Of a DNA stretch of 43,780 bases, positions 26,374 through 36,325 are shown in pieces. Under the pieces are notes generated by a model that ran no database searches, had not been told where the DNA came from, and worked only from the letters and a program-made list of their open reading frames with translations. Source of the DNA: Mollicutes bacterium (lineage in GTDB: Bacteria > Bacillota_I > Bacilli_A > RF39 > UBA660); assembly GCA_003559495.1 (NCBI GenBank), contig PWLE01000022.1, positions 1-43,780 on the forward strand, read 5' to 3'. Both the position numbers and the translations under genes were made by a program. Numbering within the stretch: position 1 is the stretch's first letter; each line of letters starts with the position of its first letter.

Positions 26374-27262
26374 TTGTGTTGTAATTGGTGCTGGTATTGC
26401 TGGCATGACCGCCGCATTGTATTTAAAACGGGCTGGCGTTAATAGTATTATTATTGAAAAAGCTACTCCTGGCGGTGTTTTAAATCGCACTAGTGTTGTC
26501 GAAAACTACCCCGGTGTTTCTAAAATTGACGGTGTTTCCTTAGCGATACAAATTTACGAACAAATTAAACAAATGAACATAAAATATCATTATGGTGATG
26601 TTCAGGAAATAAAAGTAGAAAATAATCAAAAATATGTTGTTACAAGTAAAGAAACGATTTTCGCAAAAACAATTGTTATTGCTTCTGGGCGTATTCCTCG
26701 GACATTAAATCTCCCCAATGAAGAAAAACTAATTGGCCGTGGAATTAGTTGGTGTGCAATTTGTGATGGTTTTCAATATAAGGGAAAAAAAGTAGCGGTA
26801 GTTGGTAGTGGTAACTCTGCTTTTGAAGAAGCGCTTTATTTATCAAAAATTGCTAGTGAAGTATTTTTACTATATAATTCCAAAAAATTAAAAGCGGAAA
26901 GTAAATTAATTTCCAAAGTAAAAGAACAAAAAAACATTATATTAATACCCGATCTTCAAATAAAACAATTAAAAGAAAAAGACAATAAACTATCAGCAAT
27001 TATACTAGAAAACGAAAAACAAATTGATTTATCAGGAGTATTTATTTATATCGGCTATAAACCTTTTATACCTTATTTGGATAAGCTTGCTATTAATCGC
27101 AAAGATAATTATTTAGTGGTTGATAATAAAATGCAAACAAGTATTTCCGGGATATATGCTTGTGGTGATGTTATATGCAAAGAAGTTTATCAATTAACTA
27201 CGGCTGTTGGCGAAGCTGCTATAGCCGCTACATCAGCAAAAAAACAATTAGACATGATGTAA
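26363..27262 (+). CDS. trxB: Thioredoxin-reductase-like flavoprotein (CAICDG redox centre) lacking the canonical NADPH HRRxxxR motif
   Basis: FAD GxGxxG (VIGAGIAGM), WCAICDG, second GSGNSAFEEALYL, C-terminal ACGDV. Overlaps the lgt end by 11 nt. Confidence 0.85.
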   Translation: MKYDCVVIGAGIAGMTAALYLKRAGVNSIIIEKATPGGVLNRTSVVENYPGVSKIDGVSLAIQIYEQIKQMNIKYHYGDVQEIKVENNQKYVVTSKETIFAKTIVIASGRIPRTLNLPNEEKLIGRGISWCAICDGFQYKGKKVAVVGSGNSAFEEALYLSKIASEVFLLYNSKKLKAESKLISKVKEQKNIILIPDLQIKQLKEKDNKLSAIILENEKQIDLSGVFIYIGYKPFIPYLDKLAINRKDNYLVVDNKMQTSISGIYACGDVICKEVYQLTTAVGEAAIAATSAKKQLDMM

Positions 27263-27367
27263 TTAATAATAAAATTTTTGATATTTAAAAAATACGAGGT
27301 TTTATACTTGGTATTTTTACTTTTTTTAATAGTTATTTTCTAGTATAATAATAAATAGGTGGGAAAA

Positions 27368-29338
27368 ATGAAAAAAAGAATTAAAGAACTAACGAAAATC
27401 ATTAATAATGCTAATCATGAATATTATATTTTAGAAAAACCAACGATGAGTGATCAACAATATGATGAATATGTTCGGGAATTGGAAAAATTAGAAGAAG
27501 AACACCCTGAATATATTCAAAAGAACTCCCCTTTAAAGCAAATTAATGTTTCTCTTAACACGCCTTTTAGCAAAGTAGAACACATGATGCCAATGCTATC
27601 ATTAAGTAATGTTTTTAGTTATCAACAACTATTAGAATTTCATCAACGAATAAAAAAAACAATTGCCAAACCGGAATACGTTTGTGAATTAAAAATAGAT
27701 GGTTTAGCAGTTTCGCTAATATACGAAGATGGCCTTTTAAAACAAGGAGTTACTCGTGGTGATGGTTTTTTAGGTGAAGATATTACTAATAATGTTTTAG
27801 CAATTAAAGCAATTCCTAATCATTTACAAAAAAAAGCTAATATTACTGTTCGTGGCGAAATTTTTATGAGTAAAGAAGCTTTTGAAAACTTAAATAATAC
27901 CCGACAAAAAAATAATGAAGCATTATTTGCTAATCCTCGTAATGCCGCTTCTGGCAGTGTCCGCCAATTAGATGCTAATGTTACCGCATCTCGGCAATTA
28001 GATTGTTATATTTATCAAGGTGTTAATCAAGCAGAAAACTCTCATTATGAAAGACTAAAAGCATTACAAAAATTAGGTTTGAAAGTAAATCCACATTTTT
28101 CTCTTATGTCTGATATTGATGAAATTTTTGCTTTTATTGAAAAATGGGAGCAAGGACGAAAAAATTTAGCATATGAAATTGATGGTGTTGTTATTAAAAT
28201 TGATAACGTTGAAAATCAAAAATTATTAGGCCAGACAGCGAAAAGTCCTAAATGGGCGATTGCCTATAAATTTCCTGCTTTAGAAGAAGTGACGCAAATT
28301 AAAGATATTATTTTTACGGTTGGTCGAACCGGCCAGGTAACACCAAATGCTGTTTTAGATCCTGTTCATATTGATGGTTCTTTAGTTTCCAGAACTACCC
28401 TTCATAATGAAAAAAACGTTTTGGAAAAAGATATTCGTATTGGTGATTATGTTTTTGTTAGAAAAGCGGGCGATGTTATTCCCGAAGTAGTTAAAGTAGT
28501 TACTGAAAAACGAAAAACAAGTAATAAAAAATTTAAAATGACTGATAACTGTCCAATTTGTAAAAAGAAGTTGCAAAAAGAAGCTAGTGCGGCCGCTTAT
28601 TTTTGTGTTAATGAAAAATGTGAGGCGCGTGAACAAGAAAGTCTCGTCCATTTTGTTAGTCGTAATGCTATGAATATTGAAGGATTGGGAGAGAAAATAA
28701 TTGAAATTTTTTACAACGAAAGCTTTTTAAAATCAATTAAAGATATTTATTTGTTAAAAAATTATCGTCATAAAATAATTAGTTTAATTGGTTTTGGTGA
28801 GAAAAGGATTGATAATATTTTAGCTAATATTGAAAAAAGCAAAAAAAATAATTTAGATAAATTATTATTTGCTTTAGGTATTAAACATGTTGGTGCTAAA
28901 ACGGCAAAAATTTTAGCGCAGGAAATAAAAAGTTTAGAATATTTTGAATCTATTAGTTATGATGAATTAATAAATATTAATGAAATAGGAGATAAAATTG
29001 CCCAAAGTGTTATTGCTTATTTCCAAAAGGCCGAAACCCAAGCATTAATTGCTTTTTTCAAAAAAGAACAAGTTAATATTCAATATTATGAAAAGGGACT
29101 GCAAGAAAAACAATTTTATGATAAAACTTTTGTCATAACAGGAACTTTTGAAAATTATAATCGCTTACAAATAGCAGAAATTCTTGAGAATAAAGGTGCT
29201 CGAGTAACAAATACTGTTACCAAAAAAACTTCTGTTTTATTATGTGGCAAAAACCCTGGTAGTAAACTAAATAAAGCCAAGGAACTACAAATTCCCATTT
29301 GGGATGAAACGGATTTCCAAAATAATTTAAATATATAA
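27368..29338 (+). CDS. ligA: NAD-dependent DNA ligase
   Basis: KxDG adenylation motif (CELKIDGLA), Cys4 zinc finger (CPICKK...CVNEKC), HhH region and a BRCT-like C-terminus. ATG 27368 follows aggtggg. Confidence 0.95.
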   Translation: MKKRIKELTKIINNANHEYYILEKPTMSDQQYDEYVRELEKLEEEHPEYIQKNSPLKQINVSLNTPFSKVEHMMPMLSLSNVFSYQQLLEFHQRIKKTIAKPEYVCELKIDGLAVSLIYEDGLLKQGVTRGDGFLGEDITNNVLAIKAIPNHLQKKANITVRGEIFMSKEAFENLNNTRQKNNEALFANPRNAASGSVRQLDANVTASRQLDCYIYQGVNQAENSHYERLKALQKLGLKVNPHFSLMSDIDEIFAFIEKWEQGRKNLAYEIDGVVIKIDNVENQKLLGQTAKSPKWAIAYKFPALEEVTQIKDIIFTVGRTGQVTPNAVLDPVHIDGSLVSRTTLHNEKNVLEKDIRIGDYVFVRKAGDVIPEVVKVVTEKRKTSNKKFKMTDNCPICKKKLQKEASAAAYFCVNEKCEAREQESLVHFVSRNAMNIEGLGEKIIEIFYNESFLKSIKDIYLLKNYRHKIISLIGFGEKRIDNILANIEKSKKNNLDKLLFALGIKHVGAKTAKILAQEIKSLEYFESISYDELININEIGDKIAQSVIAYFQKAETQALIAFFKKEQVNIQYYEKGLQEKQFYDKTFVITGTFENYNRLQIAEILENKGARVTNTVTKKTSVLLCGKNPGSKLNKAKELQIPIWDETDFQNNLNI

Positions 29339-29371
29339 TAAAATGTAGTATAATTAGAAAAGAGGTGCCGG

Positions 29372-30343
29372 ATGGAAGAAATTTTTAAAAAGTTAACCGA
29401 TTTTATTAAAAAGGCTGATAATGTTATTATTATGACGCATAAAAACATTGATTTAGATGCTTTAGGAAGTGCTATGTGTTTGGCAAGGATTATTAGTGAT
29501 TTTAAGGTTGAAAATTATCTTGTTTTAAATCAAAAGGGCAATAATCATTCTGTTAATAATACGTTGCAGTTAGTTGAAAAATCTAAGTTTGACGTTAACA
29601 TTGTCGATATAAAAAAAGTTTTAAAGAAAATAACAAATAAATCATTGTTAATAATTCTTGATACTAGTAAAAAAGAATTAGTTGAATATCCTGAATTGCT
29701 TGATTTAATTGAGGACAAGGTGGTTATTGATCATCATGTTTTAGGAAATAAAAATATTCAAGCTACTAAATTATCATACGTTAACGAAAATATTTCCTCA
29801 ACTAGTGAAATAATAGTAAAATACTTAAAATTTTTAAAAAGAGATGTTGATCCTTTGATGGCTACTATTATGTTAGCAGGAATGGAAGTTGATACTAATT
29901 CATATAATGCCAAAACTAGCGCTGATACTTTTTATGCCGCTGCTTTTTTACTAGAACAAGGAGCATTAAATGTATTGAAAAAAGAAATTTTAAAAGAAGA
30001 CAAACAATCGTATTTAAAAAGAGAAAAATACTTAGAAAATAGTTATATTGTTAAAGAAAAATTTGCAATTTGTCGTGTTAATGATATTATAGCAAAAGAA
30101 GATTTGTCAGTAATTGCAGAACGCATGTTATTATTTGATCAAGTAGAAGCATCATTTGCAATTGGTGTCATAGATGGTAATATAGTAGCAATTAGTGCTC
30201 GTTCTTTAGGACAGATTAATGTTTATAATATTATGAAAAAATTTAATGGTGGTGGTCATTTTACGGATGCTGCCGCCCAAATAAATGATAAATCTATTAT
30301 GAAAGTAGAAAAAGAGCTTTTAAAGGCGATTGAGGTGATTTAG
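29372..30343 (+). CDS. DHH/DHHA1 phosphoesterase, stand-alone GdpP-catalytic-domain-like (candidate c-di-AMP / nanoRNA phosphodiesterase)
   Basis: Motifs HKNIDLDALGS, ILDTS, VIDHH, EVDTNS and GGGH. Located immediately upstream of rplI-dnaB, like gdpP (yybT) in Bacillus. Confidence 0.8.
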   Translation: MEEIFKKLTDFIKKADNVIIMTHKNIDLDALGSAMCLARIISDFKVENYLVLNQKGNNHSVNNTLQLVEKSKFDVNIVDIKKVLKKITNKSLLIILDTSKKELVEYPELLDLIEDKVVIDHHVLGNKNIQATKLSYVNENISSTSEIIVKYLKFLKRDVDPLMATIMLAGMEVDTNSYNAKTSADTFYAAAFLLEQGALNVLKKEILKEDKQSYLKREKYLENSYIVKEKFAICRVNDIIAKEDLSVIAERMLLFDQVEASFAIGVIDGNIVAISARSLGQINVYNIMKKFNGGGHFTDAAAQINDKSIMKVEKELLKAIEVI

Positions 30344-30793
30344 TTGCGTGTTATATTTATCGAAGATGTTAAAGGACAGGGGAAAAAAGGCGAAATAAAA
30401 GAAGTAGCTGACGGTTATGGCTATAATTATTTATTGAAAAATAATTTAGCAGTATTAGCAACGAAAGAAGCATTAGCAAAATTAGAACAAGAAAAAGAAG
30501 CTAATAAAAAAACTAATCAAAAAGAAATCGAAGCGGCTAAAAAAATAAAAACTAAATTAGAAAAAGAAGGCTTAATTTTTCCGATGCAAACAGGTGAGAA
30601 AAATCAATTGTTTGGCTCGGTAAGCAGTAAAAATATAACTAATGCTTTAAAAGAAAAAGGCTATGAAATAGAAAAAAAAGATATTATTATCGATGAAACA
30701 TTAAATCAATTAGGAACATATCAAATAAAAGTTATGTTGCATAAAGAAGTAGAAGCTAATTTAAGAATTGAATTAGTTCCAGAAGGGTCGTGA
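30344..30793 (+). CDS. rplI: 50S ribosomal protein L9
   Basis: TTG start after gaggtg. [30 protein letters not shown] matches L9. Confidence 0.94.
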   Translation: MRVIFIEDVKGQGKKGEIKEVADGYGYNYLLKNNLAVLATKEALAKLEQEKEANKKTNQKEIEAAKKIKTKLEKEGLIFPMQTGEKNQLFGSVSSKNITNALKEKGYEIEKKDIIIDETLNQLGTYQIKVMLHKEVEANLRIELVPEGS

Positions 30794-30797
30794 AAAA

Positions 30798-32141
30798 ATG
30801 AATGAAAATATTCTCCCTAATAGTAAAGAAGCGGAACAAGCTGTTTTAGGTTCCATGTTTCTAAGTAAGTATGCTTTGCAAAAATGTGTCGAAAGCATAA
30901 ATCCAGAATTGTTTTTTTATGATCAACATAAAAAACTGTTTTCGGTTTTAGTAAAATTAGTTGAAGAAAACAAAACAATTGATTTTACTGTTGTAACGGC
31001 TGAATTAGAAAAACAAAAATTATTAAATGCTGTTGGTGGACTTGATTATTTAGTAGAATTAACGGAAAAAGTACCAAGTGCTGTTAATGTTGATTCATAC
31101 ATTGCGATTGTTGTTGAAAAAGCAACCTTACGAAAATTAATTCAAGAAGCGAGTGAGGTTGTTAATTTAGCGTATTCGGAAGAAGATTCTTTAAATGAAG
31201 TGCTTGATACAGCCGAGCGTAAAATTTTTGGTGTTGCTAAAGCAAGAAAAAGCACTGAATTTAAAACAATTCAAGAAGTTTTATTTAAAGCCCAAAGCGA
31301 TATTGAAAAATTATCACAATCAAAAGGTGAAATAACCGGTTTAGCGACCGGATTTTATGACTTAGATCGGATTACATCAGGTTTGCAACCAAATGAATTG
31401 ACAATTGTTGCTTCTCGTCCGGGAATGGGAAAAACTGCTTTTGCTTTAAATATTGCTTGCAACGTCGCTATTAATGCGAAAAAACCAGTGGCGGTTTTTA
31501 ATATGGAGATGAGTGCTGAGCAACTGGCAATGCGAATGTTATCTTCAATTGGACAAGTTGAAGGGCATAAATTACGAAGTGGGCGTCTAGAGCATCACGA
31601 TTGGAAGCGAATTAACGAAGCAATTAGTCGTCTTTCGGAAACGCAATTATTTATTGATGATACTCCTGGGATGACAATTGGCGAAATTCGTGCTAAATGT
31701 CGACGGTTGGCTAGTTCTAATGAAGGTTTAGGAGTAATTATAATTGACTATTTGCAATTAATTGCTGGTTCTAATAAATATGCTGGTAATCGGCAAATGG
31801 AAGTTTCAGAAATATCAAGAGCATTAAAAACGCTTGCTATGGAACTAGGAGTTCCAATTATCGCCCTAGCACAATTATCACGTTTAGTTGAAGGAAGGGA
31901 AGATAAACGTCCTCTTTTAAGTGATTTACGTGAGTCTGGTTCAATTGAACAAGATGCCGATTTAGTTTCTTTTTTGTATCGTGATGACTATTACAATAAG
32001 GAAAGTGCCATCGATGATTATACAAGTAAAAGTGAGTTTATTATTAAAAAACATCGTAATGGACCAGTTGGAACAGTAGAATTAGTTTTCAAAAGAAATA
32101 CTAGTACTTTCCGTAATTATGCTAATGTTGAAGAAGATTAG
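30798..32141 (+). CDS. dnaB: Replicative DNA helicase (DnaB family; DnaC in Bacillus nomenclature)
   Basis: PNSKEAEQAVLGSM..., Walker A SRPGMGKTAF, ...IIDYLQL..., ...LSQLSR... Confidence 0.96.
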   Translation: MNENILPNSKEAEQAVLGSMFLSKYALQKCVESINPELFFYDQHKKLFSVLVKLVEENKTIDFTVVTAELEKQKLLNAVGGLDYLVELTEKVPSAVNVDSYIAIVVEKATLRKLIQEASEVVNLAYSEEDSLNEVLDTAERKIFGVAKARKSTEFKTIQEVLFKAQSDIEKLSQSKGEITGLATGFYDLDRITSGLQPNELTIVASRPGMGKTAFALNIACNVAINAKKPVAVFNMEMSAEQLAMRMLSSIGQVEGHKLRSGRLEHHDWKRINEAISRLSETQLFIDDTPGMTIGEIRAKCRRLASSNEGLGVIIIDYLQLIAGSNKYAGNRQMEVSEISRALKTLAMELGVPIIALAQLSRLVEGREDKRPLLSDLRESGSIEQDADLVSFLYRDDYYNKESAIDDYTSKSEFIIKKHRNGPVGTVELVFKRNTSTFRNYANVEED

Positions 32142-33593
32142 GTGATTTATTTGCACAAATATATATTCATAATTTTTATTATTTTGTTAGTAATTTTATT
32201 AGGCTTTGAAAAAAATGAAACAGTATATCCAGAAAGGGTTTATGCTGTTTATCTTGCTGGAGAAAAAATTGGCATGGTTGCCGATAAAGAAGCTTTTGAA
32301 AAATATATTGATAAAAAAGCTGATGATATTAAAGAACGTTATCAAGTTGAACATGTTTATCATCCCGCAACATTAGATATAAAACAACAATTAACATTCC
32401 AGGCCAATTTATTAAGCAATGAAGAAGTTTTTAATAAACTAGAAGACCCTTTAACAATTGATGGCTATCAAATAAAGATTTTTAATGAAGAAGAAGAAAG
32501 AAAGATATATGTTACACAATTAGAAATTTTTGAACAATCAGTACGGGATGTCATTGTTAGTTTTATTGGTGAAGAAGAATATGAAAAGTATTTAAATGAA
32601 AACCAAAGTGAAATAAAAAGAATAGGGTCACGGATTGAAAATATTTATCTTGAAGATAATATAACTTATCGAAAAATAAGAATTCCGGTAACAGAAGATA
32701 TTTATATATCCCCTTCTTCTTTAGCACAAAAATTACTTTTCGGTCCTGACAAACAAGAAGAGTCATATATTGTTAAAGCCGGGGATACAATTGAGTCGGT
32801 TGCTTTTGCGCATGAAATTAGTCCGGAGGAGTTTTTAATTTCCAATCCAGAGTTTACAAGTAAAAATAATTTGTTATATGAATCTCAGGAAGTTCTTATT
32901 GGCATGACTGATCCCCAATTAGCGGTGGTCGTTGAACAATTTGTTATCGAAGATGTAAAAAAAGATTATCAAGAAGAAGTTCGTTATGATAAGGAAAAAA
33001 CAATTGGTTATTCAAGAACCATTCAAAAAGGAGAGCCTGGTGTTGAAAGACTAAGTCGAAATGTTAGAACAATTAATGGTGTTGTTGCATTTTCTGATTT
33101 ATTGGAAAGAGAAGAAATAACGCCTGCTATTAATGAAATTACTGTACGTGGCAAAAGGGAAGTTCCTCATGTTGCCACAACCTATGGTTGGACATGGCCA
33201 ACCGAGCCCGGGTGGGTTATTACTTCTGGTTATGAATATCGAATTAATCCTTTTACAAGAAGACGTGAATTGCATGAGGCGCTTGATATCGCCATTGGTT
33301 ATGGGGCACGAATATATGCTGCTAATAATGGTATTATTCATCATGCTGGTTATCATAGTAGTTATGGTTATTATGTTATTATTCGTCATCAAAATGAAGC
33401 CGATCAGTATACCTTATACGCCCATTTATCAAGATACATCGTTACCCAGGGACAAGCAGTTGAAGCTGGTGCTTTAATTGGCTATATGGGCAGTAGCGGA
33501 AGTTCAACCGGGCCACACCTTCACTTTGAAGTTTGGGTAGGAGAACCATATGCTGGTGGTTATCGTGTAAATCCTTGGAGCGTTTTACGATGA
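32142..33593 (+). CDS. Membrane-anchored LysM + G5 domain M23 metallopeptidase
   Basis: N-terminal TM. LysM (YIVKAGDTIESVAF...). G5 (...TIQKGEPGVERLSRNVRTINGV...ITVRG). M23 motifs HEALDIA, YAHLS and GPHLHFEV. The start codon is uncertain (GTG 32142). Confidence 0.85.
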   Translation: MIYLHKYIFIIFIILLVILLGFEKNETVYPERVYAVYLAGEKIGMVADKEAFEKYIDKKADDIKERYQVEHVYHPATLDIKQQLTFQANLLSNEEVFNKLEDPLTIDGYQIKIFNEEEERKIYVTQLEIFEQSVRDVIVSFIGEEEYEKYLNENQSEIKRIGSRIENIYLEDNITYRKIRIPVTEDIYISPSSLAQKLLFGPDKQEESYIVKAGDTIESVAFAHEISPEEFLISNPEFTSKNNLLYESQEVLIGMTDPQLAVVVEQFVIEDVKKDYQEEVRYDKEKTIGYSRTIQKGEPGVERLSRNVRTINGVVAFSDLLEREEITPAINEITVRGKREVPHVATTYGWTWPTEPGWVITSGYEYRINPFTRRRELHEALDIAIGYGARIYAANNGIIHHAGYHSSYGYYVIIRHQNEADQYTLYAHLSRYIVTQGQAVEAGALIGYMGSSGSSTGPHLHFEVWVGEPYAGGYRVNPWSVLR

Positions 33594-34315
33594 GAATTAA
33601 GATTTTAGCAAGTGGTAGCAGTGGTAACTGTACTTATATAGAATTGAATAATACAAGATTTTTAATAGATGTTGGCATAAGTAGTAAAATAGTAGAGGAA
33701 AAGTTAAAAAAAAACCATATTAATCCTAAAAATATTGATTATATTTTAATAACACATGCACATGATGATCATATTAAGGGACTGATAAATTTTGTTAAAA
33801 AATATAATGTGCCGGTATATTTTTCCAAAGCAGTAATAGCATACAATAATTTTATTATTATGGAAGAAGAAAAAAGTTTTAATCAGATTAAAGTTACTTG
33901 TCTTAAAACTTCTCATGATAGTGAAGAATCATATGGCTTTTTACTAGAATACCAAGATGAAAGTGTTGTTTATTTAACAGATACCGGTTATGTTAATCAG
34001 AAAATAAAAGAAAAAATAAAAAATAAAAAGGTTTATATTATGGAAAGTAATCACGACGTTTCTATGTTAATGAAAACTAATCGTACTCATCATTTAAAAA
34101 TGCGGATTCTTGGTGATAGTGGACATTTATCAAATGAGGCTTGTGTGCAATGTTTATGTCAAATTATCGGTAAAAACACTAAAAAAATTATTTTAGCTCA
34201 TTTAAGTGAAGAAGCTAATACACCCGAACAAGCTTTAAAAATAATTAAGGCAAAGATAGATTATATTCCGATTGTCGTTGCCAAAAGAGATGGTTGTGAG
34301 ATGCTAAAAATATGA
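33590..34315 (+). CDS. yycJ: MBL-fold metallo-hydrolase (YycJ/WalJ-like)
   Basis: MRIKILASGSSGNCTYIE..., HAHDDH motif. ATGA start/stop overlap with the M23 gene. Followed by rlmH as in Bacillus. Confidence 0.85.
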   Translation: MRIKILASGSSGNCTYIELNNTRFLIDVGISSKIVEEKLKKNHINPKNIDYILITHAHDDHIKGLINFVKKYNVPVYFSKAVIAYNNFIIMEEEKSFNQIKVTCLKTSHDSEESYGFLLEYQDESVVYLTDTGYVNQKIKEKIKNKKVYIMESNHDVSMLMKTNRTHHLKMRILGDSGHLSNEACVQCLCQIIGKNTKKIILAHLSEEANTPEQALKIIKAKIDYIPIVVAKRDGCEMLKI

Positions 34316-34743
34316 TAAAACTTATTTGTGTTGGGAAATTAAAAGATGAAAATCTTGAAAAATTAACATTAGAATATATAAAGCGAATAAAAAAATATCA
34401 TCGCTTAGAAATTTTTGAAGTGCCGCGGTATAATGATTTAGTTAAAGAAAAACAGGCAATTTTAAAATTACTTGATAAAAAAGCTTTAGTTATTGTTTTA
34501 AGCCCCCAAGGAAAAGAATATGATTCAAAAACGTTTAGTCATTTTTTGGAAAAAAGCTTTAATCATTATGGCAAGATTATTTTTATTATTGGTGGGGCAG
34601 AAGGTTTGGATAATGAACTATTAGAACAACAAAAAATATCATTTTCGCAAATGACATTTCCGCATCAATTATTTCGGCTTATTTTTTTAGAACAATTATA
34701 TCGCGCTTTTACTATTATGAATCATGAAAAATATCACAAATAA
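34312..34743 (+). CDS. rlmH: 23S rRNA (pseudouridine1915-N3)-methyltransferase RlmH
   Basis: ...IFIIGGAEGL...ISFSQMTFPHQLFRLIFLEQLYRAF...YHK is the SPOUT RlmH C-terminus. Confidence 0.92.
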   Translation: MIKLICVGKLKDENLEKLTLEYIKRIKKYHRLEIFEVPRYNDLVKEKQAILKLLDKKALVIVLSPQGKEYDSKTFSHFLEKSFNHYGKIIFIIGGAEGLDNELLEQQKISFSQMTFPHQLFRLIFLEQLYRAFTIMNHEKYHK

Positions 34744-34745
34744 AG

Positions 34746-34770
34746 AACACCTTCCTAAAAGGTGTTTTAT
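34746..34770. terminator. Bidirectional terminator hairpin between convergent rlmH and rpmE
   Basis: AACACCTT (34746-34753) pairs with AAGGTGTT (34759-34766), with T-rich sequence on both sides. Confidence 0.7.
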
Positions 34771-34967
34771 TATTTTAAACCATATTTGCGATTAAATTTT
34801 TCAACTCGTCCTGTTTTCTTTGTTTTTCCTTGCACGCCAGTATAAAATGGATGACATTGATTACAAACTTCAATCTCTAATTCTTTTTTATTTGATTCAA
34901 CAACAAACTCGTTACCACAAGCGCATTTCACTTGTGTTTTTTCAAATGTTTTTATATCTTTTTTCAT
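34770..34967 (-). CDS. rpmE: 50S ribosomal protein L31 (type A, Cys-containing)
   Basis: ...VKCACGNEF...CNQCHPFYTG...GRVEKFNRKYGLK matches L31. aaggagtga SD on the minus strand. Confidence 0.95.
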   Translation of the reverse strand: MKKDIKTFEKTQVKCACGNEFVVESNKKELEIEVCNQCHPFYTGVQGKTKKTGRVEKFNRKYGLK

Positions 34968-35055
34968 TTTATCACTCCTTCACCTATTAAAAGTTATTGT
35001 AATTCAACAACGCTTTCTCATTATAACAATAAACAATCAAAAAATCAATGATTTT

Positions 35056-36312
35056 TTAAAGATTATTAATGGTTATATCGGCTCCTACATCTTTTAGTTT
35101 TTTTTCAATATTTTCATAGCCCCTTAAAATATGTTCCGCTTTATCAATGTAGGTTGTTTTCTTAGCAACTAAACCCGCTAAAATCATTGAGGCTCCTGCT
35201 CGCAAATCAGTAGCAACAACTGTTTTTCCCATATAATTTGTTGGACCATTTATTTTTATTATTCGATCACTTAACTGTTTAATATCAGCGCCCATTTCAT
35301 TTAGATAGCGAACATTTTGAAATCTTTTTTCATAAATGGTTTCTTCTAAGGTGGAAACTCCTTTGGCTAGTGATAATAATACTGTGATGGGCTGTTGCAA
35401 GTCAGTGGGAAAACCAGGATAACCGGCTGTTCGAATATTAGTTGGTCGTAAATTATCAGATTTGGAAACAATTATATCAGTTGTGTTTACTTGAATGGGA
35501 ACATTCATTTCTTTTAATTTTAAAATTAAATTTTCAATATGTTCCGGAATAATATTTTTAATTGTTAAATTTTCACCAATTAAAGCACCAGCAATAACAT
35601 AAGTGCCAGCTTCAATGCGATCTGGGATAACTTCGGCAAAACCACTTTTAAGAGAATCAACGCCGATAATTTTAATTTTACTAGTACCAGCACCGGTAAT
35701 TTTAGCACCCATACTATTTAAAAAATTGGCAACATTTACTATTTCCGGTTCTCGGGCAGCATTTTCAATAATAGTTTCGCCTTTTGCTCGTGTTGCAACT
35801 AGTAAAGTGTTAATTGTCGCCCCAACACTTGGCATATCAAGATAAATATAAGCACCCTTTAATTCTTTGGCAAAAATTTTAAAATAATTATTTTTTTCAA
35901 TAACTGTGGCACCTAAAGCACGAAAACCTTTTAAAGTTTGATCAATTGGACGAGCACCAATCGCACACCCACCAGGAAAATACATTTCTACATGTTTGTA
36001 TCGACCTAATAGTGCTGACATAAAATAATATGAAGCTCGCAACTTAATAGAAATGGTTTCCGGAATTTTTTTGTTAATAATGTTGCTAGCATCAATTTTT
36101 ATTAAATCATCTTTTAATAAAACAGTTGCTTCTAAATATTCTAAAATCTCGTTTAAAGCATCAATATCAGAAATCGTAGGAATACCAGTAATGGTAACTT
36201 TTTCATTAGATAATAAAGCAGCCGGAATTAAAGCAACCGCGCTATTTTTAGCGCCGCTGATTTTAATTTCCCCTTTTAAAACACCGCCGCCATTAATGAT
36301 AATTTGTTTCAT
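35056..36312 (-). CDS. murA: UDP-N-acetylglucosamine 1-carboxyvinyltransferase
   Basis: ...ISGAKNSAVALIPAALL..., active-site Cys in FPGGCAIGARPID. Confidence 0.96.
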   Translation of the reverse strand: MKQIIINGGGVLKGEIKISGAKNSAVALIPAALLSNEKVTITGIPTISDIDALNEILEYLEATVLLKDDLIKIDASNIINKKIPETISIKLRASYYFMSALLGRYKHVEMYFPGGCAIGARPIDQTLKGFRALGATVIEKNNYFKIFAKELKGAYIYLDMPSVGATINTLLVATRAKGETIIENAAREPEIVNVANFLNSMGAKITGAGTSKIKIIGVDSLKSGFAEVIPDRIEAGTYVIAGALIGENLTIKNIIPEHIENLILKLKEMNVPIQVNTTDIIVSKSDNLRPTNIRTAGYPGFPTDLQQPITVLLSLAKGVSTLEETIYEKRFQNVRYLNEMGADIKQLSDRIIKINGPTNYMGKTVVATDLRAGASMILAGLVAKKTTYIDKAEHILRGYENIEKKLKDVGADITINNL

Positions 36313-36325
36313 AAAGCCTCCCTAG

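Noticed and set aside
33133-33477. Same-strand overlapping ORFs inside the M23 peptidase genes (33133-33477, 38686-38931) and inside gpsA (24262-24492)
   Set aside because: These alternative frames lie within genes that have clear domain signatures. Their translations are hydrophobic low-complexity sequence, and no SD is present.
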